32,000 nucleotides of DNA from Horticoccus luteus. GTDB lineage: Bacteria > Verrucomicrobiota > Verrucomicrobiia > Opitutales > Opitutaceae. Below the pieces are notes generated by a model. It had not been told where the DNA came from and searched no databases. It saw nothing but the letters and a program-made list of their open reading frames with translations. The DNA lies in NCBI RefSeq assembly GCF_019464535.1, contig NZ_CP080507.1:4260001-4292000 (forward strand), in the 5' to 3' direction. Positions 24,001 through 32,000 of the stretch are shown here, one piece after another. A program made the translations under genes and the position numbers. How positions within the stretch are numbered: position 1 is the first letter of the stretch; each line of letters starts with the position of its first letter.

Positions 24001-27000
24001 GAACTCCGGCACGTCGAGCACCGGCAGCTTCCAATTGATCAGCCTCTTCGGCACCCAGAACGTCACCCAGCCGATCGATACCGACAAAGAAGTCGTCCTC
24101 TCGGGCAACCAACTCGTCATCACGTCTCCCGTTAAGACCACCAAGAACATTCTGATCCTGCCCACCAACCCGCTGCTGCCGCTCGTGTTGGTCCCCACCG
24201 CCGCCTTCCTCGCCAGCGTTCCCGATGCCGCCAACGGTGTGATCCTCACGCAGTCCGAGCTCAATTTCCTCATCTCGAGCAGCAACGTCTACTTCGGCTC
24301 CAGCGATCTTCTCACCACGCTGATCCTCGGCGACGGCAAGAGCACCCCCGTTACGCTGCCCGGCCCGAACACCGTCCTCCGCGGCACCGAGATCAAAATC
24401 CTTTCGCCGACGCTCGCCCAGAATCTCCTCATCTTGGGCGACGGCACCACCGTCGATCTCGCCGCCGACATCACCGCCACCGGCGACGTCATCATCAACG
24501 ACTCCGTCAAGGTCACCGATACCCGCACCATCAGCGCGACCGGCCTCATCCGCATCGACTCGCCCGGCACCATCTTTGGCGATGGGGTGGGCGGCCCCGA
24601 CAGCCTTACGCTGACGGCCACCAGCGATGTTTACCTCGGCGGTGCGGTCGGGACGACCGCGTTGAAGAACCTCACGATCAATTCCGGCGGCAACGTCACC
24701 TTGAACGGCGCGACCACGCTCACCGGCAACCTCACCGTCAACAGCGGCCAGACCGTCGTCTTCAACTCCGCGCTCAATATCACGGGCGACCTCGTCCTCG
24801 ACAACGTTCAGAACGTCACCTTCAACGGCCCCGTCACCGTCGGCGGCAAGATCCAGATCAACAAGGCTGCCACCGTCACCTTCAACGGCAACGTCGGCGT
24901 CACCGGCACCTTCTCCATCGGCAGCTCCAGCGCCTATGCCAACGTCGGCGCCATCGTCTTCACCACCTCCGCCCGTCTCGACTTCTCCGGCACCACTGCC
25001 TTCTACACGTCCGGCTCCATCACCTTCGGCAACTCCATCGGCCGCAACTCCGCTTACACGCCGCAGGCCATGATCCTCGGTGCCGGCAGTGCCATCTCGT
25101 TCAACAACGGCGCTGAAGTCCTCCTCGGCTCCGCGCCGCTCTCCATCGTCTCCGGCACCAACGTCAGCTTCAGCAATAACGTCGCCGTGGGCGCCCTCAC
25201 GATCACCGGCGTCTCCGGCAATATCGACTTCCAGCAGACCACCCAGGTCGCGTCGATGGACATCACCACCAGCGGCGCCACCGCGCTCGCACGCCTCAAC
25301 TTCCTCGAAGTCGGCTCCGGCAACGCCACGATCACCGCCAACCAGATCGATTTCACCGGCACCGTCACCGATACCGGCGCGGCTTCGACGCTCACCCTCA
25401 AGCCCTACACCGTCAGCCGCGCGATCGCCGTCGGCTCCAGCCCCTCAGGCGGCGTGCCGTCCTTTAACAATCGCCTCGACCTCAGCGGCAACGACCTGCT
25501 CGCCATCCAGTCCGGCTTCACGTCCGTCAACATCGGCGATGCCAACGCCGGCACCGGCACCGTTTACCTCGGCTTCATGGGCACGCAGCTCTCCGGCGTC
25601 TCCTCCGAATATCTCAACCGCACCCAGATCTTCGGCGGCGCCATCATCGTCACCCAGCCCTTCGACATCAACCCCACCGTCGACTACTTCCGCCTCGTCG
25701 CCCGCACCGGCGACATCACCGTCAACGCCCTCGTCGGTTACGCGCAAAACAACACCCTCGCCGAGCGCAACGCCTGGCTGCGCTTCGAAGCCGCCGGCAG
25801 CATCGTCGTCAACGCCCCCATTTACGCGACCGATCGCATCTCCCTCTCCGCCGGCATGAACATCGCCGGATTCGCCGGCACCGGCATCGGCTCCATCACC
25901 GTCGCCACCACCGGCAGCGTCAACACGTCCAACGCCGCCGGCGTCAATCGCCGCATCGAGCTCTCCGCCGGCCCGCTCGGCGGTAACATCCTCCTCAACG
26001 GCGCCGCCGCCGAGTCCGCCATCCTCACCGCCGCCGGCAACGGCTCCAACTCGGAGATTGCCCTCTACGCCAAGGCCGGTGCCATCACGCAAACCTCCGG
26101 TCGCCTCGTCGCCGACCGCCTCGCGATGCAGAGCGCGAACAACATCACCGTGCGCACCAACGTCGCACGCCTCACCGCGCTGACCATCGCCGCCGCCGTC
26201 CTGCCCGCCGCCTCCGCCCAGACGATCAACGGCGTCCTCATCACCGGTGCCGGCACGCTCACCCTCACCGAAGTCGACGCCCTGATCGTCGACCAGATCA
26301 CGACGAACACAGGCGCCGTTTCCCTCACCACCGAAGTCGGCGGCAACGGCAACCTCAGCATCGGCAACATCAACACCGTCACCGGCGCGGTCACCCTCAC
26401 TGCCGACGGCGCCATCGTCGATAACACGCCTTCCAGCGACTCCGTCCCGAACATCCAGACCACCGGTCTTGCTTCGCTCTACGCCAAGACCGGCATCGGC
26501 GCCGCCGGCCTCGCGGACTTCGATCTCCTCGCCGGCTCGTTGCAGGCCACCAACTCCGTCTCGGGCGACATCTTCATCGAAGACGCCAACGGCCTCAACC
26601 TCACCGGCCCCGTCCAGACCACCGGCGGCAATGGCAATATCACCATCCTCGTCGGCGCCGGCGCGTTCAATGTGAACGCCAACGTCACCGCCCACGGTTC
26701 CGGCACCATTACGCTCACCAGCACGACCGGCACCATCACGCAAAACGCCGCGTCCACGATCAGCTCCACCACCGGCAATCTCGCCCTCAGCGCCACTAGC
26801 GTCACGCAAAACGGCGCCCTCGCCACCGGCTCCGCCGCCACTGTCAACGTCACCGCCACGAGCGGCGCCCTCACGATGGGCGACGGCGCCACCACCACCA
26901 CCGCCACGGGCGCGATCACCTACACTGCCGCCACCAGCGTGGCGCTTTCACTCCTCACGTCGACCAGCGGCGACCTCAGCGTCACCGCCACCAACGGCAG

Positions 27001-30000
27001 CATCACCGACAACACCGCCGCCGAAACCCCCAACCTCGTCACCACCGGCCAGACCACCCTCGACGCCAAGACCGGCATCGGCGCCGCCGGCGCGGCCGAT
27101 ATCGACACCACCGTCGCGACCCTCACCGCGACCAACCGCTCGTCCGGCGACATCTACATTCAGGAAACCGACACGCTCGTCATCAACGGCACCGGCGTCC
27201 GCACCCTGGCCGGCAACGGCAACATCAATCTCGATGTCGCCGCCGGCGATCTCACCCTCAACGCCGTCGTCACCGCGCACGGTTCCGGCACCATCGTGCT
27301 CAACGCCGACGCCGGCGCACTCACCATCGGCGCGGTGGTCAGCAGCACCAGCGGCGCCATCACCGCCTCGGCCGACCGCATCGCGCAAAACGCCAACATC
27401 GCCACCTCCGCCGGAATCATCTCCCTTACGACCGACGTCGCCGACCTCACGATGGCCGACGGCACCACCACCTCGACCACGACCGGCGCGATCACCTTGA
27501 CCGCCGCGACCGACATCGCGCTCAGCCTCGTCAGCAGCGCCTCCGGCAACCTCACGCTCACCGCCACCGCCGGCGCCATCACCGACCACACCGCCGCCGA
27601 GTCCGCCAACCTCGTGACCACCGGCCAGACCACGTTGACCGCCGCCACCCGCATCGGCGCCGCCGGCGATGCGGACATCGACACGACCATCGCCACGTTG
27701 CAGGCCACGAACACCGCGTCGGGCGACATTTATCTCCAGGAAACCAACACCCTCGTCATCAACGGCACGGGCGTCCGCACACTCGCCGGCAACGGCTCCA
27801 TCTGGATCGACACCGCCGCCGGCACCTTGACCGTCAACGCTGTCGTCACCGCACACGGCAGCGGCGCCATCACGCTCCTCACCGATGCCGGCGCCGCCAC
27901 ACTCAACGCCGTCATCTCCTCCACCTCCGGCGATCTCGCCGTCACCGCCACCGCCGTCACGCAAAACGCCGACCTCGCCACCGGCCTCGCGGGCAACATC
28001 GCGGTCACCGCCACGACCGGCGCGATCTCGATGACCGACGGCACCACGACCACGAGCGCCGCCGGCAACATCACTTACACCGCCGCCACCAACGTCGCCC
28101 TCTCGCTCCTCACCAGCACGACCGGCGCGCTCAATGTCACCGCCACCGCCGGCGCCATTTCCGATAACACCGCCGCGGAAACGCCCAACCTCGTCACCAC
28201 CGGCCTCGCCACCTTGACCGCCAAGAGCGGCATCGGCGACGTCGGCGCCGCCGACCTCAACACCGCGCTCGGCTCGCTCACCGCGTCCAACAGCACCACG
28301 GGCCGCATCGTCATCAACGAAGTCGACGCGCTGACCATCGCCGCGCCTGGTATTTCCAACACCGCCGGCACCGCCATCATCGTCACCACCGCCGCCGGCA
28401 CGCTCACCGTCAACGGTGCGGTCAACGTTTCCGCCGCCGGCCGTGTGCTCCTGCAGGCGGGTGGGGTGGGCTCTGATCTCTTTACCACCGCCGCCATCTC
28501 CTCCGGCACCGGCGCCATCACGCTCCTCGCCGCCCGCGACCTCAACGTCGCCGCCAACATCGCCACGGTCGGCGGCTCCATCGATCTCGAAGCCACCGCC
28601 GGCTCGCTCGCCATCGCCGACGGCGCCGCCCTCACGACGTCCGGTGGCAACCTTCGCGCCTTCGCCCACCTTTCCCTCGCCGTCACCGGCATCAACGTCG
28701 GCGCCGGCGGCGCCACGCTCACTGCCGTCACCGGCCAAATCACCGACGCGGGCGATAGCTTGATCGACGTCGTCGCGTCCCTCCTTCGCCTCTCCGCCGC
28801 CACCGGCATTGGCGCCGTCGATGCGATCGACGTTTCCGCCGGCACGCTCGCCGCGGCCACCACCTCCGGCGCCCTCCGCCTCAACGAAAGCGACGACGTC
28901 ACTATCGGCACCGTCGCCGTCATTTCCGTCAGCCGCGTGACCACCGCCGCCGGCGTGACCCCGCTCGCCGACAGCGCCGCCACCAGCGACCTCGTCGCCG
29001 GCAACGGCGGCGACATCGCCCTCACAAGCCTCGCCGGCTCCATCACGTTGACCGACGGCGTCAACGCCGACGCCACCGCCGTCCATTCCGACACCGGCAG
29101 CATCACCATCACCGCCGCCAACAACGTTCTTCAGAACGCCAACGTTTACACCGCCGCGGCCGGCACGATTTCTGTTACCGCCACGACCGGTTCCATCACG
29201 ATGGCCGATGGCACCAAGGCGCAGACCGTCACCGGCGAGATCACCTACCTCGCCGGCGTCAACGTCGCCCTCTCGCTGCTCACGAGCACGACCGGCGCGC
29301 TCAACGTCACCGCCACCGCCGGCGCGATCACCGATCACACCGCCGCCGAAACCGCCAACCTCTCCAGCGCCGCCCTCGCCACGCTCGTCGCCGGCACCGG
29401 CATCGGCGCCGCCAACGCCGCCGACATCGACACCACCATCGACTCCCTGCAGGCCACCGTCACCACCTCCGGCGGCATCTTCATCCAGGAAACGAGCGTC
29501 CTCGTCCTCACCGGCACCGGAGTCCAGACGCAGGCGGGCACCGGCGCGATTTCGATCCTCATCACCGACGGCAACCTCACTGTCGCCGCCCCCGTTCAAG
29601 CCTACGCGGGCAACGTTCGACTCGAAGCCGCCGGCACCACGCTCGCGAACTCCGACCTGCTCGTTAACGCCGCCGTCGGCTCCGGCGGCGGCAACCTCAG
29701 CCTCGTGGCCCGTCACGACGTCATCTTCGCCTCCGCCGGTAACGTCACCGTCTCCGCCGCTCCCGGCACCATCGACGTCTGGGCCCGCGAAGGTAAACTT
29801 CAGCAAGCTGCCGATCTCATCCTCGCCACCGACGGCGCCAACATCCGCCTGACCGCTGCGACCTCGATCATCGCGGGAGTCATCGACGCGCGGACCAACG
29901 CCGACCGTCTGGGCGGCACGCTGACGCAGCAAGCGGCCTGGGGCTCCCTCGCGCTGAGCGCCGGCAGCGGCTCGATCACCGACGCGAAGGCGCGCGGCGA

Positions 30001-31999
30001 AGCCGGCATCAACCTCTACGGCTCGTCCGCCCGCCTCTCCGCCGCGACCGACATCGGCGTCCTCGGTGCCGGCGTGGACAACGCCCTCGACACCGAACTC
30101 GTCACCGTCGCGGCCGAGACCACGACCGCCGGCAGCATCAACCTCGCCGACGCGAGCGACCTGACGGTGGACACCGTGGCGATCATCTACGTCAACCGCG
30201 TCGCCGCCGACGGCACCGCCTCCGTGATCGGCACGACCGCCTTGTCCGACCTGACGACCACCGGCAACGGCGCAATCGTCGTCACCGCCGCGGGCGACCT
30301 CACACTGAATGACGGCTTCGCCAACAACACCGCCGTCAGCGCGAACGGCACCGGCAACGTTTACGTCTCCGCCGCGAACGTCACCGCGAACGCGGACATC
30401 CTCAGCGGCAGCGGCGACATCACCCTCCTCGGCACGACAAACCTGACCTTCAACACGACCGCCGACGTCAAGACGAGCGGCGGCGACGTGAACTTGGTCG
30501 CGGCCGCCGGCGCGATCCTCTTCGCCGACAACGCGCAAGTCGCCACCTCCAACGGCAACGTCCGCCTGCTCGCCGCGACCGACATCACGCTCGGCGGCAT
30601 CCAAGCCGGCACCGGCTCCGTCACCCTGACCGCGATCGCCGGCTCGATCCTCGACGGCGGCGACACGTATCAAGACATCAGCGCCTCCGCCGCGCGCCTC
30701 GTTGCTGGCACCGGCATCGGCACGTCCACCAACCCGCTCGAAGTCGGCCTCGACACCCTCGCCGCCAGCGCCGGCAGCGCGGGCATCAGCCTCGTCGAAG
30801 ACAACGCTCTCACCGTCACAAACGTCTCAATCACCGTTCGCAGCGTCGCGACCGACGCCTCATCCGCCGCACTCGCCGCCGAAACCCTCTCCGACCTCAC
30901 GACGACCGCGAACGGCTCGATCGCCCTGACAATCATCGCCGGCGACCTCACGCTGAACGACGGCTTCGCCAACAACACGGCGGTCAGCGCGAACGGCAGC
31001 GGCAACGTTTACTTCTCCGCCGCGAACGTCACCGCGAACGCCGATATCCTCAGCGGCAGCGGCGACATCACGCTCCTCGGCGCGACGAACCTCGCCTTCA
31101 ACGCGACCGCCGACGTCAAGACGACCGGCGGCGACGTGAACCTCGTGGCCGGGGTGGGGGCGATCCTCTTCGCCGACAACGCGCAAATCGCGACCTCGGG
31201 AGGCAACGTCCGCCTCCTCGCCGCGACCGACATCACCTTGGGCGGCCTCCAAGCCGGCACGGGTTCAGTCACGTTGACCGCGACCGCGGGCTCGATCCTC
31301 GACGGCGGCGACACGTATCAAGACATCAGCGCGTCCGCCGCGCGTCTGGTTGCCGGCACCGGCATCGGCACGTCCACGAACCCCCTCGAAGTCAGCCTCG
31401 ACACCCTGGCCGCCAGCGCCGGCAGCGCGGGCATCAGCCTCCTCGAAGACAACGCGCTCACGATCACGAACGTGTCGGTCACGGTGCGCGCCGTCGCCGC
31501 CGACTTCACGTCCACCGCGCTCGCCGCCGAAACCCTCTCCGACCTCACGACGACCGCGAACGGCTCCATCGCCCTGACAATCATCGCGGGCGACCTCACG
31601 CTGAACGACGGCTTCGTGAACAACACCGCGGTCAGCGCGAACGGCACCGGCAACATCTACTTCTCCGCCGCGAACCTCACCGCCAACGCCGACATCCTCT
31701 CTGGCAGCGGCGACATCACGCTCCTCGGTGCCACGAACCTCACGTTCACCACGACCGCCGACGTCAAAACCACCGGCGGCGACGTGAACCTCGTGGCCGC
31801 CGCGGGTGCGATCCACTTCGCCGACAACGCGCAAGTCGCCACCTCGAACGGCAACGTCCGCCTGCTCGCCGCGACCGACATCACGCTCGGCGGCATCCAA
31901 GCCGGCACCGGCTCCGTGACGTTGACCGCCACCGCCGGCTCGATCCTCGACGGCGGGGACACCTATCAAGACATCAGCGCCAGCGCCGCTCGCCTGGTT
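2..31999 (+). CDS. Single giant repetitive exoprotein, a putative fibrillar adhesin or surface fibre. Partial at both window edges, with 10,666 codons inside the window. The start codon is probably a short distance upstream of nt 1 and the stop lies beyond nt 32000.
   Basis: The plus-strand phase with codons at nt 2,5,8... was translated by eye end to end without meeting TAA, TAG or TGA. The phase was re-verified at anchors 611, 1631, 2177, 2714, 3251, 3788, 6794, 7739, 8693, 11912, 21968, 22619, 24692, 30662 and 31310 (all equal 2 mod 3). The supplied track contains no plus-strand ORF in this phase, as expected if the frame never closes within the window. Third codon positions are strongly G/C. 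The translation gives coherent recurring motifs: GGPYWxDSNNDG, RGGFAFE[KR]G, GGxGxDxxx nonapeptides and NVTFNG rungs. Other frames give Arg/Gly/Pro/Ala/Ser-rich low-complexity strings. Confidence 0.93.
47..88 (+). other. N-terminal leader-type motif FQIEALETRLLLSA, preceded by an Arg cluster SRRR at nt 2-13. It resembles the [FL]ExLExRxLL[SA] motif I recall at the extreme N-terminus of many secreted giant proteins of Planctomycetota and the PVC superphylum (Planctomycetota, Verrucomicrobiota, Chlamydiota).
   Basis: Direct translation of nt 2-94 gives SRRRPVPARQVSVSAFQIEALETRLLLSATP. The family association is from memory, not a search. Confidence 0.5.
569..853 (+). other. Small N-terminal beta module with the signature GGKLDVQVDGAYQPHAGDTFDIVSFPGVSGKF (pattern GxLxVxxxGxYxPxxGDxFxIVxF..SGxF). 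Family not assigned.
   Basis: Direct translation. It follows an Ala/Pro-rich low-complexity linker (about nt 200-560). I recall similar signatures in other large bacterial surface proteins but cannot name a family with confidence. Confidence 0.35.
1322..4030 (+). repeat. Five tandem ~537-546-nt (~179-aa) protein repeats. Each carries one calcium-loop-like cassette FAGxGGPYWxDSNxDGxxDxxDTP. A degenerate cassette-less copy precedes them at about 923-1321.
   Basis: GGPYW codon anchors at nt 1631, 2177, 2714, 3251 and 3788 (spacing 546, 537, 537, 537). Unit consensus by eye: N[RQT]A[TVY]DP...DF..L.GGGLSV.TGG.PVLIDFDHALLRVS.ADA..Q.S.FVY.RGGFAFE.G.P.V.DNGDGT.T.LDVLT.GA.N.Y.FAG.GGPYW.DSNNDGV.D..DTPA..GA.G.A.GGV..GLA.L...GVA.P.KY.ALK.TA.SA.LVG.E......A..I.VE.N. 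Confidence 0.9.
4031..6454 (+). repeat. Five tandem ~460-505-nt (~155-168-aa) copies of the same scaffold lacking the calcium-loop cassette. Here FAGLNGP is followed directly by A...A[IL]G.
   Basis: F(A/V/L)G(L/V)NG anchors at nt 4310, 4814, 5297, 5765 and 6260. Unit-boundary motifs L.[LV].[IV]N at about 4522, 5027, 5486, 5966 and 6455. These copies share the G.[FL]AFE[KRQ] strand, the T[IL]G..[NDH][LV].[AG]F.G turn and the W[TI][AST][LF][KRHE]A strand with the long repeats. Confidence 0.85.
6455..8415 (+). repeat. Six unassigned ~95-120-aa modules. Several open with N/G-E-x-Q and close with ...G.GNV.V[ST]....F.[IV].F.G.LA...[LV]..[LV].V.
   Basis: Module starts are at about 6478, 6794 (NEVQFLEF), 7091, 7404, 7739 (NETQRVSI) and 8105 (GETQTITI). 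Recurrent internal pattern: a short T[FL][TS][LF] strand, then an Ala-rich helix-like A..[LI]Q.AL.AL segment, then G[AY]GNV.V, then F.[IV][ET]F.G.LA. Seen by direct translation only. Confidence 0.7.
8416..12150 (+). repeat. Seven further tandem ~525-540-nt (~175-180-aa) cassette-bearing repeats of the same family as 1322-4030.
   Basis: GGPYW anchors at nt 8693, 9236, 9776, 10316, 10853, 11378 and 11912 (spacing 543, 540, 540, 537, 525, 534). The first unit (8416-8940) has a hybrid N-terminal half resembling the short cassette-less units (VIDFKAQPLEIATGPTTSTTLDFDGADGDLVRAQGYLTIDLFGFVFVTGNFAFE). Confidence 0.9.
12150..14300 (+). repeat. Cryptic, degenerate ~120-140-aa periodicity. It is marked only by the anchor-strand motif G-x-[FV]-[ASE]-[FI]-[EQST]-[KRQ].
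   Basis: Motif instances: ISGRFAFERN around 12329, VGGDFAFSKG around 12709, LHGSFSFEQT around 13082, IDGDFSFQSA around 13445, LRGTVAFTRT around 13831 and LSGSVEIQKQ around 14249. Spacing is 363-418 nt. There is little other sequence similarity between units. Confidence 0.5.
16590..18412 (+). repeat. Four Ig-like (bacterial Ig / Big_5-like by motif) modules. The fourth carries an extra segment of about 75-90 aa.
   Basis: Recurrent module ends: RFRYQITNTDFAWSPGTLDISYSAGGFAQTV (to around 17050), NTYRYAFTGEFDPGDVVVSLAANTFADSAGFGNLAQTFTFRV (to around 17428), NTYRYTFTGTLVAGPVTVTFPEASFNDNAGTANLATTITFTL (to around 17785) and NTFRFHFDGDF...VTVSMAAGAFTDTAGNESAAFSATFTV (to around 18412). The pattern ..F.D.AGN......F.[VL] is what I associate with SbsA/Big_5-type Ig-like domains. 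This is a by-eye call. Confidence 0.55.
21968..22279 (+). other. Aromatic-rich segment of alternating hydrophobic and polar residues (amphipathic beta-strand pattern), in a locally A/T-richer patch. It lies at the junction between the N-terminal two-thirds of the protein and the RTX block.
   Basis: Translation: FFNIFNIGVSGYIRSNGQFELTGTANFNLDFGPVYFHASFSLTIADWGFSGHASASIGLHLDFWLFSIDIDFTISIGFSFNLKKNSVTFSFSIWKFGFDITWYF. The DNA here is visibly less G/C-rich than its flanks. Confidence 0.6.
22562..22837 (+). repeat. RTX-type (haemolysin-type calcium-binding) nonapeptide block of GGxGxDxUx repeats. It is internal to the protein.
   Basis: GGVGDDTIV lies at 22562-22588. Eight in-register 27-nt nonapeptides then follow from 22619: GGSGNDHLI, GGPGTNYIY, AGDGDDDLS, GGEGINYLY, AESGTNTLA, GGAGANYFY, SGTGTDSMK, GGGGLNTYI. 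Next comes the usual ..F....G.DTI......D.....D.VDFS tail, and a further GGPGNDTYNI occurs near 23098. Confidence 0.85.
24640..25400 (+). repeat. Parallel beta-helix-like region. Its core is four exact 60-nt (20-aa) rungs, followed by looser rungs.
   Basis: [NT]V[TV][LF]N[GS] rung starts at nt 24692, 24752, 24812 and 24872, exactly 60 nt apart: NVTLNGATTLTGNLTVNSGQ / TVVFNSALNITGDLVLDNVQ / NVTFNGPVTVGGKIQINKAA / TVTFNGNVGVTGTFSIGSSS. Similar but less regular [IV].F.[GN] rungs continue to about 25400. Confidence 0.7.
26440..29950 (+). repeat. Six tandem ~575-595-nt (~193-aa) divergent repeats of the type seen in FHA-like large exoproteins.
   Basis: GIGAAG-type anchors at about 26492, 27074, 27650, 28229, 28804 (diverged unit) and 29399. 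Unit consensus by eye: AE.[PA]NL.T.G..TL.A..GIGAAG.ADIDT...[TS]L.AT....G.I.IQET..LV.NGTGV.T.AGNG.I........LT.NA.V.AHGSG.I.L...... Confidence 0.8.
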
Positions 32000-32000
32000 G
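30014..32000 (+). repeat. Tandem array of 648-nt (216-aa) near-identical in-frame repeats. Just over three units are in the window and the array continues past the 3' edge.
   Basis: The string GAC AC[GC] TAT CAA GAC ATC AGC GC recurs at nt 30662, 31310 and 31958, exactly 648 nt apart. Units 30662-31309 and 31310-31957 align without indels at roughly nine matches in ten by eye. The shadow ORFs in the supplied track repeat with the same period: 30361/31009/31657 on minus, 30670/31318 on minus, and 30702/31350 on plus. Confidence 0.92.

Noticed and set aside
22400-24112. 570-aa minus-strand ORF. The same applies to the minus-strand ORFs 19856-21424 (522 aa), 25445-26809 (454 aa), 7895-9220 (441 aa), 17111-18328 (405 aa), 15302-16513 (403 aa), 4078-5088, 1847-2839 and 407-1390.
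   Set aside because: Those whose phase I checked (22400-24112, 19856-21424, 25445-26809, 7895-9220, 1847-2839, 407-1390) lie in the codon-aligned antisense phase of the sense frame. The others I did not phase-check. All give Arg/Gly/Asp/Glu/Ala-rich strings, and all overlap a sense frame that is never interrupted. These are classic GC-rich antisense artefacts.
26948-30673. 1241-aa minus-strand ORF, the longest entry in the supplied track
   Set aside because: It lies in the codon-aligned antisense phase of the giant plus-strand frame (30671 equals 2 mod 3). In that phase, stops arise only from sense TTA, CTA or TCA, and its stop is the complement of a sense TCA at 26948-26950. Its translation is Gly/Arg/Asp/Ala/Val low complexity with no recognisable motifs, while the sense strand encodes coherent repeats. 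It is a shadow ORF.
30014-32000. Regular periodic repeats, considered as a possible CRISPR array or satellite
   Set aside because: The period is 648 nt, there is no repeat-spacer organisation, and the units are fully in frame and translate into a conserved 216-aa protein repeat. This is a coding tandem repeat, not a CRISPR array.
1-32000. Alternative reading as a cluster of several tandem paralogous adhesin genes, or as a frameshifted pseudogene
   Set aside because: I saw no in-frame stop, no phase change between widely spaced anchors, and no intergenic gaps, ribosome-binding sites or terminator-like hairpins between modules. A single intact ORF is the simplest reading. I also looked for tRNA or rRNA-like segments, IS or transposase motifs and inverted terminal repeats, and found none I could support.

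Overview
High-GC window, by eye about two-thirds G+C, with strongly G/C-biased third codon positions in one phase. The whole 32 kb appears to be the interior of one giant plus-strand coding sequence whose codons start at nt 2, 5, 8 and so on. I translated this phase by eye from nt 2 to nt 31999 (10,666 codons) and met no stop codon. The phase was unchanged at every anchor I checked. This frame is absent from the supplied ORF track, evidently because it never closes inside the window. Every ORF in the track lies in another phase and looks like a GC-rich shadow ORF. The longest antisense ORFs all sit in the codon-aligned antisense phase, whose stops are simply rare sense TTA/CTA/TCA codons. The encoded protein is rich in Thr, Ala, Gly, Val, Asp and Asn, apparently has no Cys, and is a beta-rich repetitive exoprotein of the fibrillar-adhesin or giant surface-fibre type. 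Module order is as follows. (1) An Arg-rich stretch plus a FQIEALETRLLLSA leader-type motif (nt 2-88), which suggests the true start lies just upstream. (2) An Ala/Pro-rich linker and a small N-terminal module. (3) Five ~179-aa repeats carrying a GGPYWxDSNNDGxxDxxDTP calcium-loop-like cassette (1322-4030). (4) Five ~160-aa copies of the same scaffold without that cassette (4031-6454). (5) Six unassigned ~100-aa modules (6455-8415). (6) Seven more cassette-bearing ~179-aa repeats (8416-12150). (7) About 10 kb of weakly periodic or non-periodic beta-rich sequence, including four Ig-like modules (16590-18412) and an aromatic alternating-strand patch (21968-22279). (8) An internal RTX nonapeptide block (22562-22837). 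(9) A beta-helix-like region with exact 60-nt rungs (around 24692-24931). (10) Six ~193-aa repeats resembling filamentous haemagglutinin (FHA) exoproteins (26440-29950). (11) At least three near-identical 648-nt tandem repeats that run off the 3' edge (30014-32000). I could not support any RNA gene, CRISPR array, mobile element, promoter, terminator or intergenic DNA. All family names are by-eye motif recognition, not database results.
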